Shown one piece after another: positions 49,527 through 60,383 of a DNA stretch of 64,000 nt. Numbering within the stretch: the stretch's first letter is position 1; each line of letters opens with the position of its first letter. The position numbers and the translations under genes were made by a program. This DNA is from Isurus oxyrinchus (taxonomy: Eukaryota): positions 192,014,001 through 192,078,000 of the forward strand of contig JANJGN010000004.1 of the NCBI GenBank assembly GCA_026770705.1. Direction: 5' to 3'. Below the pieces are notes generated by a model that searched no databases, had not been told where the DNA came from, and saw only the letters and a list, made by a program, of their open reading frames with translations.

Positions 49527-51931
49527 TCATGACCTAAAGTTGTTGAATTCAATATTCAGTCTGGAAGGCTGTAAGGTGCCTAGTCGGAAGATGAGGTGTT
49601 CCTCCAGTTTGCATTGGGCTTCACTGGAACAATGCAGCAAGCCAAGGACAGACATGTGGGCAAGAGAGCAGGGTGGAGTGTTAAAATGGCAAGCGACAGG
49701 GAGGTTTGGGTCATTCTTGCGGACAGACCGCAGGTGTTCTGCAAAGTGGTCGCCCAGTTTACGTTTGGTCTCTCCAATGTAGAGGAGACCACATTGGGAG
49801 CAACGAATGCAGTAGACTAAGTTGGGGGAAATGCAAGTGAAATGCTGCTTCACTTGAAAGGAGTGTTTGGGCCCTTGGACGGTGAGGAGAGAGGAAGTGA
49901 AGGGGCAGGTGTTACATCTTTTGCGTGGGCATGGGGTGGTGCCATAGGAGAGGGTTGAGGAGTAGGGGGTGATGGAGGAGTGGACCAGGGTGTCCCGGAG
50001 GGAGCGATCCCTACGGAATGCCGATAAGGGGGGTGAGGGGAAGATGTGTTTGGTGGTGGCATCATGCTGGAGTTGGCGGAAATGGCGGAGGATGATCCTT
50101 TGAATGCGGAGGCTGGTGGGGTGATAAGTGAGGACAAGGGGGACCCTATCATGTTTCTGGGAGGGAAGAGAAGGCATGAGGGCGGATGCGCGGGAGATGG
50201 GCCGGACACGGTTGAGGGCCCTGTCAACGACCGTGGGTGGAAAACCTCGGTTAAGGAAGAAGGAGGACATGTCAGAGGAACCGTTTTTGAAGGTAGCATC
50301 ATCGGAACAGATGCGATGAAGGCGAAGGAACTGGGAGAATGGGATGGAGTCCTTACAGGAAGCGGGGTGTGAGGAGCTGTAGTCGAGGTAGCTGTGGGAG
50401 TCGGTGGGTTTGTAATGGATATTGGTGGACAGTCTATCACCAGAGATTGAGACAGAGAGGTCAAGGAAGGGAAGGGAAGTGTCAGAGATGGACCACGTGA
50501 AAATGATGGAGGGGTGGAGATTGGAAGCAAAATTAATAAGTTTTTCCAAGTCCCGACGAGAGCATGAAGCGGCACCGAAGTAATCATCGATGTACCGGAG
50601 AAAAAGTTGTGGAAAGGGGCCGGAGTAGGACTGCAACAAGGAATGTTCCACATACCCCATAAAGAGACAGGCATAGCTGGGGCCCATGCGGGTACCCATA
50701 GCCACACCTTTTATTTGGAGGAAGTGAGAGGAGTTGAAGGAGAAATTGTTCAACGTGAGAACAAGTTCAGCCAGACGGAGGAGAGTAGTGGTGGATGGGG
50801 ATTGTTCAGGCCTCTGTTCGACGAAGAAGCTATGGGCCCTCAGACCATCCTGGTGGGGGATGGAGGTGTAGAGGGATTGGATGTCCATGGTGAAGAGGAA
50901 GCGGTTGGGGCCAGGGAACAGGAAATTGTTGATGTGACGTAAGGTGTCAGAGGAATCACGGATGTAGGTGGGAAGGGACTGGACAAGGGGAGAGAGAAGG
51001 GAGTCAAGATAACGAGAAATGAGTTCTGTGGGGCAGGAGCAAGCTGAGACGATCGGTCTACCGGGGCAGTTCTGTTTGTGGATTTTGGGTAGGAGATAGA
51101 AGCGGGCCGTCCGAGGTTGGGCGACTATCAGGTTGGAAGCTGTGGGAGGGAGATCCCCAGAGGAGATGAGGTCAGTGACAGTCCTGGAAACAATGGCTTG
51201 ATGTTCAGTGGTGGGGTCATGGTCCAGGGAGAGGTAGGAGGAAGTGTCTGTGAGTTGACGCTCAGCCTCCGCGAGGTAGAGGTCAGTGCGCCAGACAACA
51301 ACAGCACCACCCTTGTCAGCGGGTTTGATGACAATGTCAGTGTTGGACCTGAGAGAATGGAGTGCAGTAAGTTCAGAGAGAGACAGGTTAGAACGGGTGA
51401 GAGGAGCAGAGAAATTGAGACGACTAATGTCGCGCCGACAGTTCTCAATGAAAAGATCAAGAGAAGGTAAGAATCCAGAGGGAGGGGTCCAGATGGAGGG
51501 AGAATATTGGAGATGGCTAAAAGGATCCGTTGAACTGGGAGAGGACTCCTGCCCAAAGAAGTGAGCCCGGAGACGAAGACGGCGGAAGAAGAGTTCAGTA
51601 TCATGCCGAGCCCGAAATTCATTGAGGTGAGGGCGTAAGGGTATGAAACTAAGTCCTTTGCTGAGCACTGAACGTTCAGCATCGGAGAGGGGAAGGTCAG
51701 GGGGTATAGTGAATACACAGCTGGGGCTGGGATTGGAAGATGGGGTGGGGACGGAGGGACAGGCCGGGGTGGAGGGTCCTAGATGGGTGTTGGTGTCGAT
51801 GAGTTGTTGGAGCTTGCGTTCCTTAGCAGTTGAGAGAAAGAGAAAAAGTTTCTTGTTGAGGCGCCGGATGAGCCGAAGGATAAAATGAAACTGGGGGCAC
51901 GCGCAGCTTTGAAAAAGGGTACGGCGGTGCT
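49527..51931 (-). CDS. Penelope RT + GIY-YIG endonuclease, uninterrupted frame (~800 aa, no native start)
   Basis: IKPADKGG, YLLPKIHK, GRPIVS, GVAMG, LRYIDD, LVYCIRCSQCGLLYIGET. Confidence 0.92.
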
Positions 51932-52921
51932 GCCATTGAAGAACATTGCAACCGTGTGGTATAGATTGATGATTTAAATTGTGTCCAGCCAAACGTGAGA
52001 AGAACACGTACAACATTTGAGTGAATTGTTTAATCGTTTTCAAGGAGCCTATTTGGTCACAAACTTGGCAAAGAGTGGCTTTGCAAAAGCAAATGTGACT
52101 TATTTGGGCCACATTGTGGGACAAGGCCAAGTAGCAACTAGAGAAGCAAAAATAAGGGCTATCTTAGATTTTCTAGTGCCTAAGACAAAACGAGAGATTT
52201 TGCGGTAGGCACGAGTGGATTCTATTGGAAATTTGTTCCAAATTTCAGCACTGTCATGGCTCCCCTGACAAGCTTGTTAAAGAACGGCAGGAATTTTGAA
52301 TGGACTGTGGAGTGTCAGAGTGCCTTTAACAGCTTGAAAGCTGTACTGACTACTACACTGGCTTTAGTAGCATCAATATAAGCCACTTAAACTGGCTGTT
52401 GATGCCAGTAATGTGGGTGTTGGTACAGTTTTGCTACAGGAGGATGAAATGGGGATTGAAAGGCCAGTCAGTTACTTTTTCAAAAGTTAAATTCATGTCA
52501 GAGGTAATACTCAACTGCGAAAAAGGAGACTTTGAGTTTAGTGCTGGCTCTACAACATTTTGAAGTCTACATATCCAACAACTCTGCAGAGACTGTATTT
52601 AAACTGCTTTTTCAGTTGACCTGAGTGAGGAGGCAGTCCGAAGGAGAGAGAGTAGAGGCTGGGATATGGACTATTCCATCACCTGTCTCTGAAACCTCCC
52701 GCAGTCTTTCACACACTCACACACTCACTCATTTGACCTGTTCAAACTGGCTTCATGTTGTGGGCTGGGGAACAGAAAAACATCACTGAGAATCCAAGCT
52801 TCAAGATCTCCAATGGGATCCCTCCTCTATAGGCATTGGTACTTTGTCAGCCTCCATTGGCTGAGGACATGAAGGATATCTACCTTGCCGGTCCCCAGTG
52901 GCTGAGGATAATGCCATTCAG

Positions 52922-53265
52922 TGGGATGTGGGTGTTGCTGACTAGGCCAGCATTTATTGCCTATGCCTAATTGCCCTTGTTCAAAGAGCAGTTAAGGGTC
53001 AACCATATTCTGTGGGTCTGGTGTCACATGTAGGCCAGACCAGGTAAGGGCAGGAAATTTCCTTCCCTAAAGGGCATTATTGAACCAGTTGGGGTTTTTG
53101 TGACAATCAGCAGTGGTTTTGTAGTCATTATCAAGCCTCTAATTCCAGATTTTCAAATTCAAATTTCACCATCTGTCGGGATTCAAACCCGGGTCCCCAG
53201 AATGTTACCTTGGGTCTCTGGATTACTAGCCCAGTGACAATACCACCACTATGCCATCAACCCCC
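52922..53265 (-). mobile_element. tRNA-headed bipartite SINE (family-A ends)
   Basis: Same structure as 15249-15623 and 47421-47784. Confidence 0.8.
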
Positions 53266-53854
53266 CCACCCCACCCCCCCCCCCCCCACCCCCCCCCCCC
53301 CCCCCACCGGCCTAGTAATACCTCCTGAATTCCCATTGGGCAAGGACATGATGGGACGATGTTGGCTGGGGGAATAATGAGACTGGTAGCTCCTCAGCCT
53401 CCAGTGGGAGACAGATCATGGAATTAAAAGGAAGGAAATTGTCTCCAGCAAAGTGCAGTTACCTGGACTTCAATTCATCCCCTGGATTTTAAAGGGAACC
53501 AGCTAACTTCAAATGGCCACAACGTTCAACAATCTGCACCGTAAGGACAAGCAAAGGACTTAATCATATATTCTTTTATCTTTTATCTTAGACTCGAACT
53601 TTTCTTACTTCTGATATTTGTGTGTGTGTGCCGTTGCATCTTTTATTATTTCGCCCCGGGTTTAGTAGCTAATAAACCTGCTCTTTCTTTGACACAAGGA
53701 AATCTGGTTTGATTGGCTCCTCATTAAAAATTAAATACATTTGGATTGGAAAAAGAAATCTACAAGGAAAATAAATTTACAAACCTTTGTTGCGAACAAC
53801 TGGGGAGGCTGAATAAAGGGGAGCCAGATTGTCTCTCCACACCCCATTGTAACA

Positions 53855-54880
53855 CTGACCTCTTCACACTTCACAATACTTTCAATTTTTGTGTCATCCA
53901 CAGATTTTGAAATTGTACCCGTACACCAAAGTCTAAGTCATTCATATAGATCAAGAAAAGCAGGGTCCTAACACTGATCCCTGGAATAGATCTTCCTCCA
54001 GTCCCAAAAGCCATTCACCACTACTCTCTACTTCCAATCACTCAGTCAATTTTATATCCACACTTCTATTGTCACTTTTTATTCCTTGAGCTCTAACTTT
54101 GGTGACAAGTCCACCATGAGGCACTTTTTCAAATGCCTTTTGGAAGTCCATATACAACAGTATCAACCTCATCAACCCTCTTAGTTACCTCATAAGAAAC
54201 TCAGGCAGGTTAGTTGCACATGATTTGCCCTGAACAAATCCCTTCTGACTTCCCTTAATTATTCTACATTTGTTAATTTTGTCCCAAATTATCATTTTTA
54301 AAATGATTCCAAGCACCCAAGGTTAAACTAATTGGCCTGTCCTCCTCCTTTTACCGCCCTTTTACTATTCGCATGCCAATGGAACAATTTTGGGTTCACT
54401 TTTGTTAGCTGCCAGTCTCTTCTCAATCTCTCCTTGCTTCCCTTACGTATTTTTTTCACTTCCCCCTCTGAACTCTGAAATTGAGCCTGGATCTCACTTG
54501 TATTTATCCACCTGACATCAGTTAATAGCAGCCTTTTTCTGCTTTATCCTACGCCTTACCTATTTTATCATCCAGTGAGCTCTGGATTGATTTCTCCTAC
54601 CTTTCCCCCCTCATGGGAATATACTTCGACTGTACATGAACTATCTGCTCTTTGAAGGCAGCCCAATGTCCTGCTACAGTTTCGTGGTCCAACCTTTGAT
54701 TGCAGTTTCCCTGGACAGACCGGTTCTCACCCCGTTGACGTTAGTCCTCCCCAGTTGATTCCTTTTAACCTGGATTGCTCGTTGAGTACATATTTTTGAT
54801 AGCATCTGCGCAAAGTCTATTAAAAAGCAACATCCTAATGTCTTTCTGTGAGAATTCTTAATACTAATAGCTGACAAATG
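53855..54880 (-). mobile_element. Old CR1 remnants
   Basis: Reverse strand YMDFQKAFEKVPH, KFVDDTKI-like. Confidence 0.6.
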
Positions 54881-55029
54881 GACATAACATTTTGGGGAAC
54901 TGTCAATCCTAACACGATTCTGTTTTAATTTACTCTCTAATATCAGGTTTCAAAACTTAATTTAGGGTATCTATCTCGTTGCAATGGATAAAGTGACAGA
55001 CTGATTCAGTGTGACTGATACGTTATCTG

Positions 55030-56759
55030 CTCATGTGCAGGAAGTGCTCCCCCTAGTGTATGGCATAGATAATCACAGCCGTAATTTAAATGACTATAGT
55101 CAACATGCTGACAATTACACAGCCCCAACATCCCCTTTCCTTAAATTACAGCCCCAAATACTATAACATTCATGTGTACGTGAGTAAAGCAACCCTATGG
55201 AATACAAGAAATTTAACAACTGCAACACTATTTACGTAAAACATTTCACTGTAACAAGAAAATTTGGAACACTTCTTCAAGGTGTTGTCTACATTTGGAA
55301 CCGTACTGGTCATTGGTCGACTCGATCTGATCTTGTGTTATGGCACAGCCAATGGTAAATGCTGAGCTGCTCCTTTGCCTTGTGGTACTCATCCCTCAGC
55401 ATGCGGAGAGGTAGAGTGTTGGCACTTGCACCTGTGTCAGTCTTCACTCTCAGCTGATGCCGTCCAATCTTATTGGGCCGGCAATTTGAAGGGTTGCAAA
55501 AGCTTCCATCGTGCTAATGGAATGGGCCGGTACCATTAAGTTGATGGCGTGAAATAGCCATTCACCTGTAGTTTCTTCAACTCCATCCACCTCATCCGTT
55601 TTGATCAGGCGTTCCCCCCAATTTCGTGGATGGGGTCCGTGCCTTCGGCAATGCATGGAAGTGACTCACCTCCCTTGGCGTCTGGTTTGGGTGCTGCCGG
55701 GACTGGCTTCTCCCCGCACTCCTTTTGCAAAGTTTGACCCAGTGTCTGCTAAGCCCGCTGGCTATGCCCGTTCCTGCATTATGGGGAACGCCAGTTCTCC
55801 ATCCTGTGTATGGGGAGTCTACTTGGTTTGTGTGAGAGCCTGCAGTTACTGCACACCTTGCTTTGCTTGGGTGTCTTGGATATTGTGCCAACAGATATGG
55901 CTTGTAAACATTCCCTCCCAACGACAATGGCCTCCTATCTGCATCCGTCCTATAATATGCTCTCCGAGGATTGTCCCTTCGGCTTTATCAGGAAGTCTTT
56001 TTGGATCACCTCTGTAGGGATGGAGGCACTAACCAACTCCATAGTAAGTTCTGAGATTTCAGCATCAGAGAATTTGCATAACTGTGCTTTCTCTCTGCAT
56101 CAGTTAACAAAGTCGTCCAAACACTTGCCGGCTTCCTGTCTATACCACACAAGTTCCAGCAGGTGTACTCCTGAGATTGGCTTCAATTCTAAACTGATTT
56201 TCTGGTGTTGCCCGTAGCTTTGATGGATCCCTTTGATCAGCATCAGATAAACCCGAGCTATTGATCCTGTGCAGACCTTTGGCGGTCCTAATTTTTTAGG
56301 AATCCATCCCAAAACACAATGCTGCACTGGCCCCTTGCAGCTGAGACTGCCACTGATTTTCAGCTCGCTGACCAGGGACAAGACCAGAAGCATGCCTTCA
56401 ATCTCTGCTCACACCGTCGCTCTCCCGATCTGAGGGTTGTGATTTGGTAGCAGTGCTTCAGGTAAGGCTTCTTACTTGAAAAGTCATTTGCAGCTGCTGA
56501 TCAAGGCTATTGACTCACTGCCGCTGCCACCATGTTGTGTTCTGTCTTTCCAGATTAATATAAAACAAGGCTGAAGAGCAGGCAGAGAGGGTGAACAAGA
56601 GCTTCAATGGAAACTTGTTGCTTCAGCTTACATGTGCTAACTGACTCTCCAAGAGAACTGAGTTATGTGATATTGCATCAATTCTTGTGATGACATACAT
56701 AGTAGCATAAACATATGTTTAAATGATTATATTTAACATACTTATACACAATCACAACA
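55030..56759 (-). mobile_element. Internally deleted Gypsy element (gag/protease remnant)
   Basis: 5' LTR 56533-56759 (TGTTGTG..CACAACA); PBS-like TGGTGGCAGCGG; gag LELVWYRQ..DDFVN; protease KTDTGASAN; PPT AAGGAAAGGGGA at 55131-42. Confidence 0.8.
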
Positions 56760-57204
56760 GATAGAATCTTTGAGTCAAACGTTAGAGCCCAACCAGAGCC
56801 AGCGACTGTGTAAAGTACTGTACTGGGAAGGAGATTAGCTAACAAACATGCTGCATGTCTAGTGCTGATATAACAAATAATGAGAAGTAAAGAGACCCAG
56901 GTTTATGAGACTAAAAGCTTTAAGGTCCAAGCAATGTGGATCAGCAATCAACAAAACCAGTTGGGTGTTTGTATTGTATTGAAAATTGCATTGGGCATTT
57001 TGTTTGAGGTTACCATACACATATGTACCAGCAGAGGGAGTCTGCTTGGAAGAGGTAATAAAGGATCCACATTTAACAGCTTATGTAGTTATAATTCTAC
57101 GTGTCTTTGGCTGAATATATAACTGCTCCAATAATTTCTCAGTGTTGAACTGTAAAATCATTGTGTATGAGCAGTAAAGATTCACAGGTATATCACACTT
57201 TCAG

Positions 57205-57570
57205 GTCATTACAAAGCACCTTACAGCCATAGAAATACTTTTTGAGGTGTAGTCACTGGTGTACTGTAGGAAATGTGTTAACCAATTTGCAAGCTGCTTT
57301 CAATCTATTGCAGTCGTATTGGTTAAGGGATAAATTTGCCAGGGTGTCAGTGGGATCTCCCCTGACTTTCATGTCTACATGAGCGAGCAAATGGAGGCTC
57401 GGTTTAATGTTTCATCTGAAAGGCAGCATCACTGACGATGCAGCATTCCCTCAGCACTGCACCAGAGTTGCAGCCTGGATTTTGTGCTCAAGTTCCTGGA
57501 GTGGGACTTGAACCAACAACCTTTAACTCAGGTGGCGAGGGTGATACCCGCTGAGTCACGGCTGACATGT
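57205..57570 (-). mobile_element. Deu-domain SINE
   Basis: GGCTCGGTTTAATGTTTCATCTGAAAGGCAGC..GGAGTGGGACTTGAACC. Confidence 0.65.
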
Positions 57571-58157
57571 GATCAGCCTTGAGTGCTGCCCATTGGGTCA
57601 AGAGACACATTCAGGTACTGGAGGTGCTGCCACAGGGCTGATTCCCTCCAGTAATAAAGACAGAAAATGCTGGAAAAACTCAGCTGGTTTGGCAGCATTT
57701 GTAGAGAGAGAAACAGAGTTAACGTTTCCAGTCCGTATGATTCTTCTTCAGAAGCGGACTCAGAACGTTAACCCTTCTTTAATATATTTATTATAATATT
57801 TAATGTTAATACTTCTTTCAATCAAACTGTGCCATCAGCAAAGGTCACGGTTCCGAAATGGTGAAAGGTCACGTTGGGACTGATATAAGGACGTTCTCCT
57901 TCACACAGAGAGTGGTCAACGATTAGGGTGGAATATTCCGGCCCTGCCAGCAAGGGCCAGCCGGACCGGTTGGGGAACTTAATTTGGAGCAAGACCAAAA
58001 ATGAGTTTCCTGGTGTCGGGATGAACTGTCGGAATTCTGTTCCCGGGATTTTAAAGGTGGGTTAAAGGTGGGTGGAGCTTCCTGACGAACAATGTCAGGA
58101 AGCCTGAATGCATACATTAGCATCTCATGCATGCTCATTAAAAGGTCACCTCGCCGG

Positions 58158-58429
58158 AATTAAATCCCCCCCTCCAAATTAAATCCCCCCTCCAAATTAA
58201 ATCCCCCTCCAAATTAAATTCCCCCTCCAAATTAAATCCCCCCCTCCAAATTAAACCCACCTCCAAATTAAATCCCCCTCTCCAAATTAAATCCCCCCCT
58301 CCAAATTAAAACCCCACCTCCAAATTAAATCCACCTCCAAATTAAATTCCCCCTCCAAATTAAATCCCCCCCTCCAAATTAAACCCGCCTCCAAATTAAA
58401 TCCCCCTCTCCAAATTAAATCCCCCCTCC
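58158..58429. repeat. 15 x 17-19-bp minisatellite AAATTAAATCCCCCCTCC
   Basis: Direct count; units 4-8 recur as units 11-15. Confidence 0.95.
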
Positions 58430-58597
58430 AGTGAGAAATTACAATGTTCATTTTTGCGACTGTATATAATTGGTGTACGTCTGGTGAGATTCACATCTTC
58501 TATGACTTTGAGGTGAAGGGACTTCACATAACCTTCACTCAGATTGGCTGCTGGTAACACAGGCTGCACGAAGGCTGGAAGGAGCAGGCTGGGAGGG

Positions 58598-59037
58598 TGG
58601 GGCAGACAGGAGGGGCGGGGCAGACAGGAAGGGAGGGGAAGACAGGAGGGGCGGGGCAAATGGGAGGGGTGGGGCAGGTGGGAAGGCCGGAGCAGACAGG
58701 AAGGGCGGGGCAGACGGGAAGGGCGGGGCAGACGGGAAGGGCGGGGCAGGTGGGAGGGGCGGGGCAGACGGGAAGGGCAGGGCAGGTGGGAGGGGCGGGG
58801 CAGACGGGAAGGGCGGGGCAGGTGGGAGGGGTGGGGCAGACGGGAAGGGCGGGGCAGGTGGGAGGGGCGGGGCCAACGGGTGGGGCGGGGCAGATGGGAG
58901 GGGCGGGGCAGATGGGAAGGGCGGGGCAGATGGGAGGGGCGGGGCAGGTGGGAGGGGCGGGGCAGATGGGAGGGGCGGGGCAGATGGGAGGGGCGGGGAA
59001 GGTGGGAGGGGCGGGGCAGGTGGGAGGGGCGGGGCAG
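58598..59037. repeat. ~24 x 18-bp G-rich minisatellite GGGCAG(A/G)(T/C)GGGA(G/A)GGGCG
   Basis: Direct reading; explains the overlapping repetitive ORFs. Confidence 0.95.
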
Positions 59038-59782
59038 TAGCTGGACAAAGTTGGAAGGTGTGGTGCCCAGAACTTCGATCCCTTGAGCTGGCAGTGAGGA
59101 CACCGCTTTCCGGCTCAGCCCTGTCCCGAGAGTTGCTGTACTTCACACGGATGCGGAAGTCATGAGCTGACCAGCACAAGTCGCACGTGGTCAGCGACCC
59201 TGGCCCCCCGGCAGAAAACACTCCGATTTCCACTCCCACCACTGAACTGAGGATTCCACTCTTGGAATGGAATTTCTGGACAGAGTGACGGAGGTGAAAT
59301 CATTCAACTAATTTTTGAAAAAACATTAACAGTGGAGGGAATGTTGTTAGGTTCTGGATGAACAAAGAAGTATTTAGATGAACGCTTGAAACGCCACAGC
59401 ACACAGGGCTATGGGCCAAGGGCTGGAAAACGGGATTAGAATAGATTAGTGCTTGATGACCAGCACAGACACAATGGGCCGAAGGGCCTGTTTTTGTGCT
59501 GTATAACTCCATCAGTCTATGACTCTAATTTGGGTGGTTCAATGGATTTTCTGATCTGTTAGTATCTGCGATCAAGGAATTCAAAATGAGGGATTGCGGG
59601 GGGGCGGGGTGGTGGTTACATTTTGAGCAGGGTGAATCCTGTAGGAGAGAATAGACCTGTGAGAAATATGAGTAGAGTTTTTCAGTATTTATTGTACTGT
59701 GAAGTTGAAAAATAAATAACAAGCTGAATCTAAAAATTCTGCACACTGACCTGACCCATTCTGATATTTGTTCTTTCCTCAG

Positions 59783-60063
59783 CTGCTGGTAGAAATGACT
59801 CAGTGGTGAGCGGGACAGAGGGAGATTCGGTTACATTGCCCTGTATGTTCACACCCAATAACTCTTTCACCCTGACCACTGTTACATGGATAAGGAAGGA
59901 GCCCTACCAACGTGTAGTCACATTCAGAGCCCAATCAAAGGGATCACGGAATACTGTAAATGGTAGAAATGGGAATGACCTTGTCGGGAACCCAGAGGAG
60001 GGAATTGCCTCAACCAGGATAAACCAGCTGAGGGTGAAGGCTGATCACACTTCCCTGTGTCTG
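59783..60063 (+). pseudogene. Paralogous Ig V exon (copy B), truncated just after the second Cys
   Basis: Colinear with 1233-1513 (offset 58550); D-x-x-x-Y-x-C degraded to ADHTSLC; runs into antisense LINE at 60064; no donor or TM exon found in the window. Confidence 0.88.
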
Positions 60064-60379
60064 CTGACTTGTGCCTTGTAGATGGTGGACAGGCTTTGGG
60101 AAGTCAGGAGATGAATTACTCACTGCAGAATCCCCGGCCTCTGACCTGCTCTTGTAGCCACAGCATTTATAGGGCTAGTCGAGTTCAGTTCCTGGTCAAT
60201 GGTAACCCCCAAGATGTTGATAGTGGGAGAATCAGTGATGGTAATGCCATCGAATATCAGGAGGAGATGGGCAGAATTTCTCTTGTTGGAGATGGTCATT
60301 GCCTGGCGCTTATGTGGCGCAAATGTTACACTTGGAAGTCCAAGCCTGAATGTTATCCAGATCTTGCTGCATTTGGACA
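60064..60379 (-). mobile_element. Family-A LINE fragment, antisense
   Basis: KRQAMTISNKR..PTINILGVTIDQ. Confidence 0.85.
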
Positions 60380-60383
60380 GGGT

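Larger units (their letters stand above)
49009..51931 (-). mobile_element. Young 5'-truncated Penelope-like element with 11-bp TSD
   Basis: GCCATTGAAGA at 48998-49008 and 51932-51942; interrupts the Gypsy RT. Confidence 0.95.
42952..52600 (+). mobile_element. Gmr1-type Gypsy LTR retrotransposon, degraded (gag-PR-IN-RT-RH order)
   Basis: LTR end ..CATAACA at 44510 followed by degenerate PBS; gag WTLLLQSVL..YEVV..AI..AYELVP; PR LKILRD; IN YHPQ..GALER before RT PIKQHPYRL, LPFGMKNAPATFQR, *IDD; RH AVDAS. 5' boundary uncertain. Confidence 0.85.
57926..59261. mobile_element. Non-autonomous Harbinger-like insertion carrying two minisatellites
   Basis: Ends GGGTGGAAT / ATTCCACTC, flanks TTA/TTG; empty site in the paralogous intron at ~860-870. 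Confidence 0.65.

Noticed and set aside
51932-52130. N-terminus of the 867-aa ORF as the Penelope start
   Set aside because: Lies outside the TSD; it is antisense Gypsy RT sequence that is in frame by chance
56934-57054. Possible leader exon for copy B (MWISNQQNQLGVCIVLKIALGILFEV..GR, phase-1 AG|GTaata)
   Set aside because: Phase fits, but it is long with charged residues in the hydrophobic core and there is no copy A counterpart in the window to compare; unsupported
58158-58429. Regular short repeats as a CRISPR array
   Set aside because: No unique spacers, eukaryotic context, no cas genes
58396-59242. Five long repetitive ORFs (Pro-rich, RGRWEG, GGAGQ, CPAPP)
   Set aside because: Produced by a stop-free 18-bp minisatellite open in several frames on both strands
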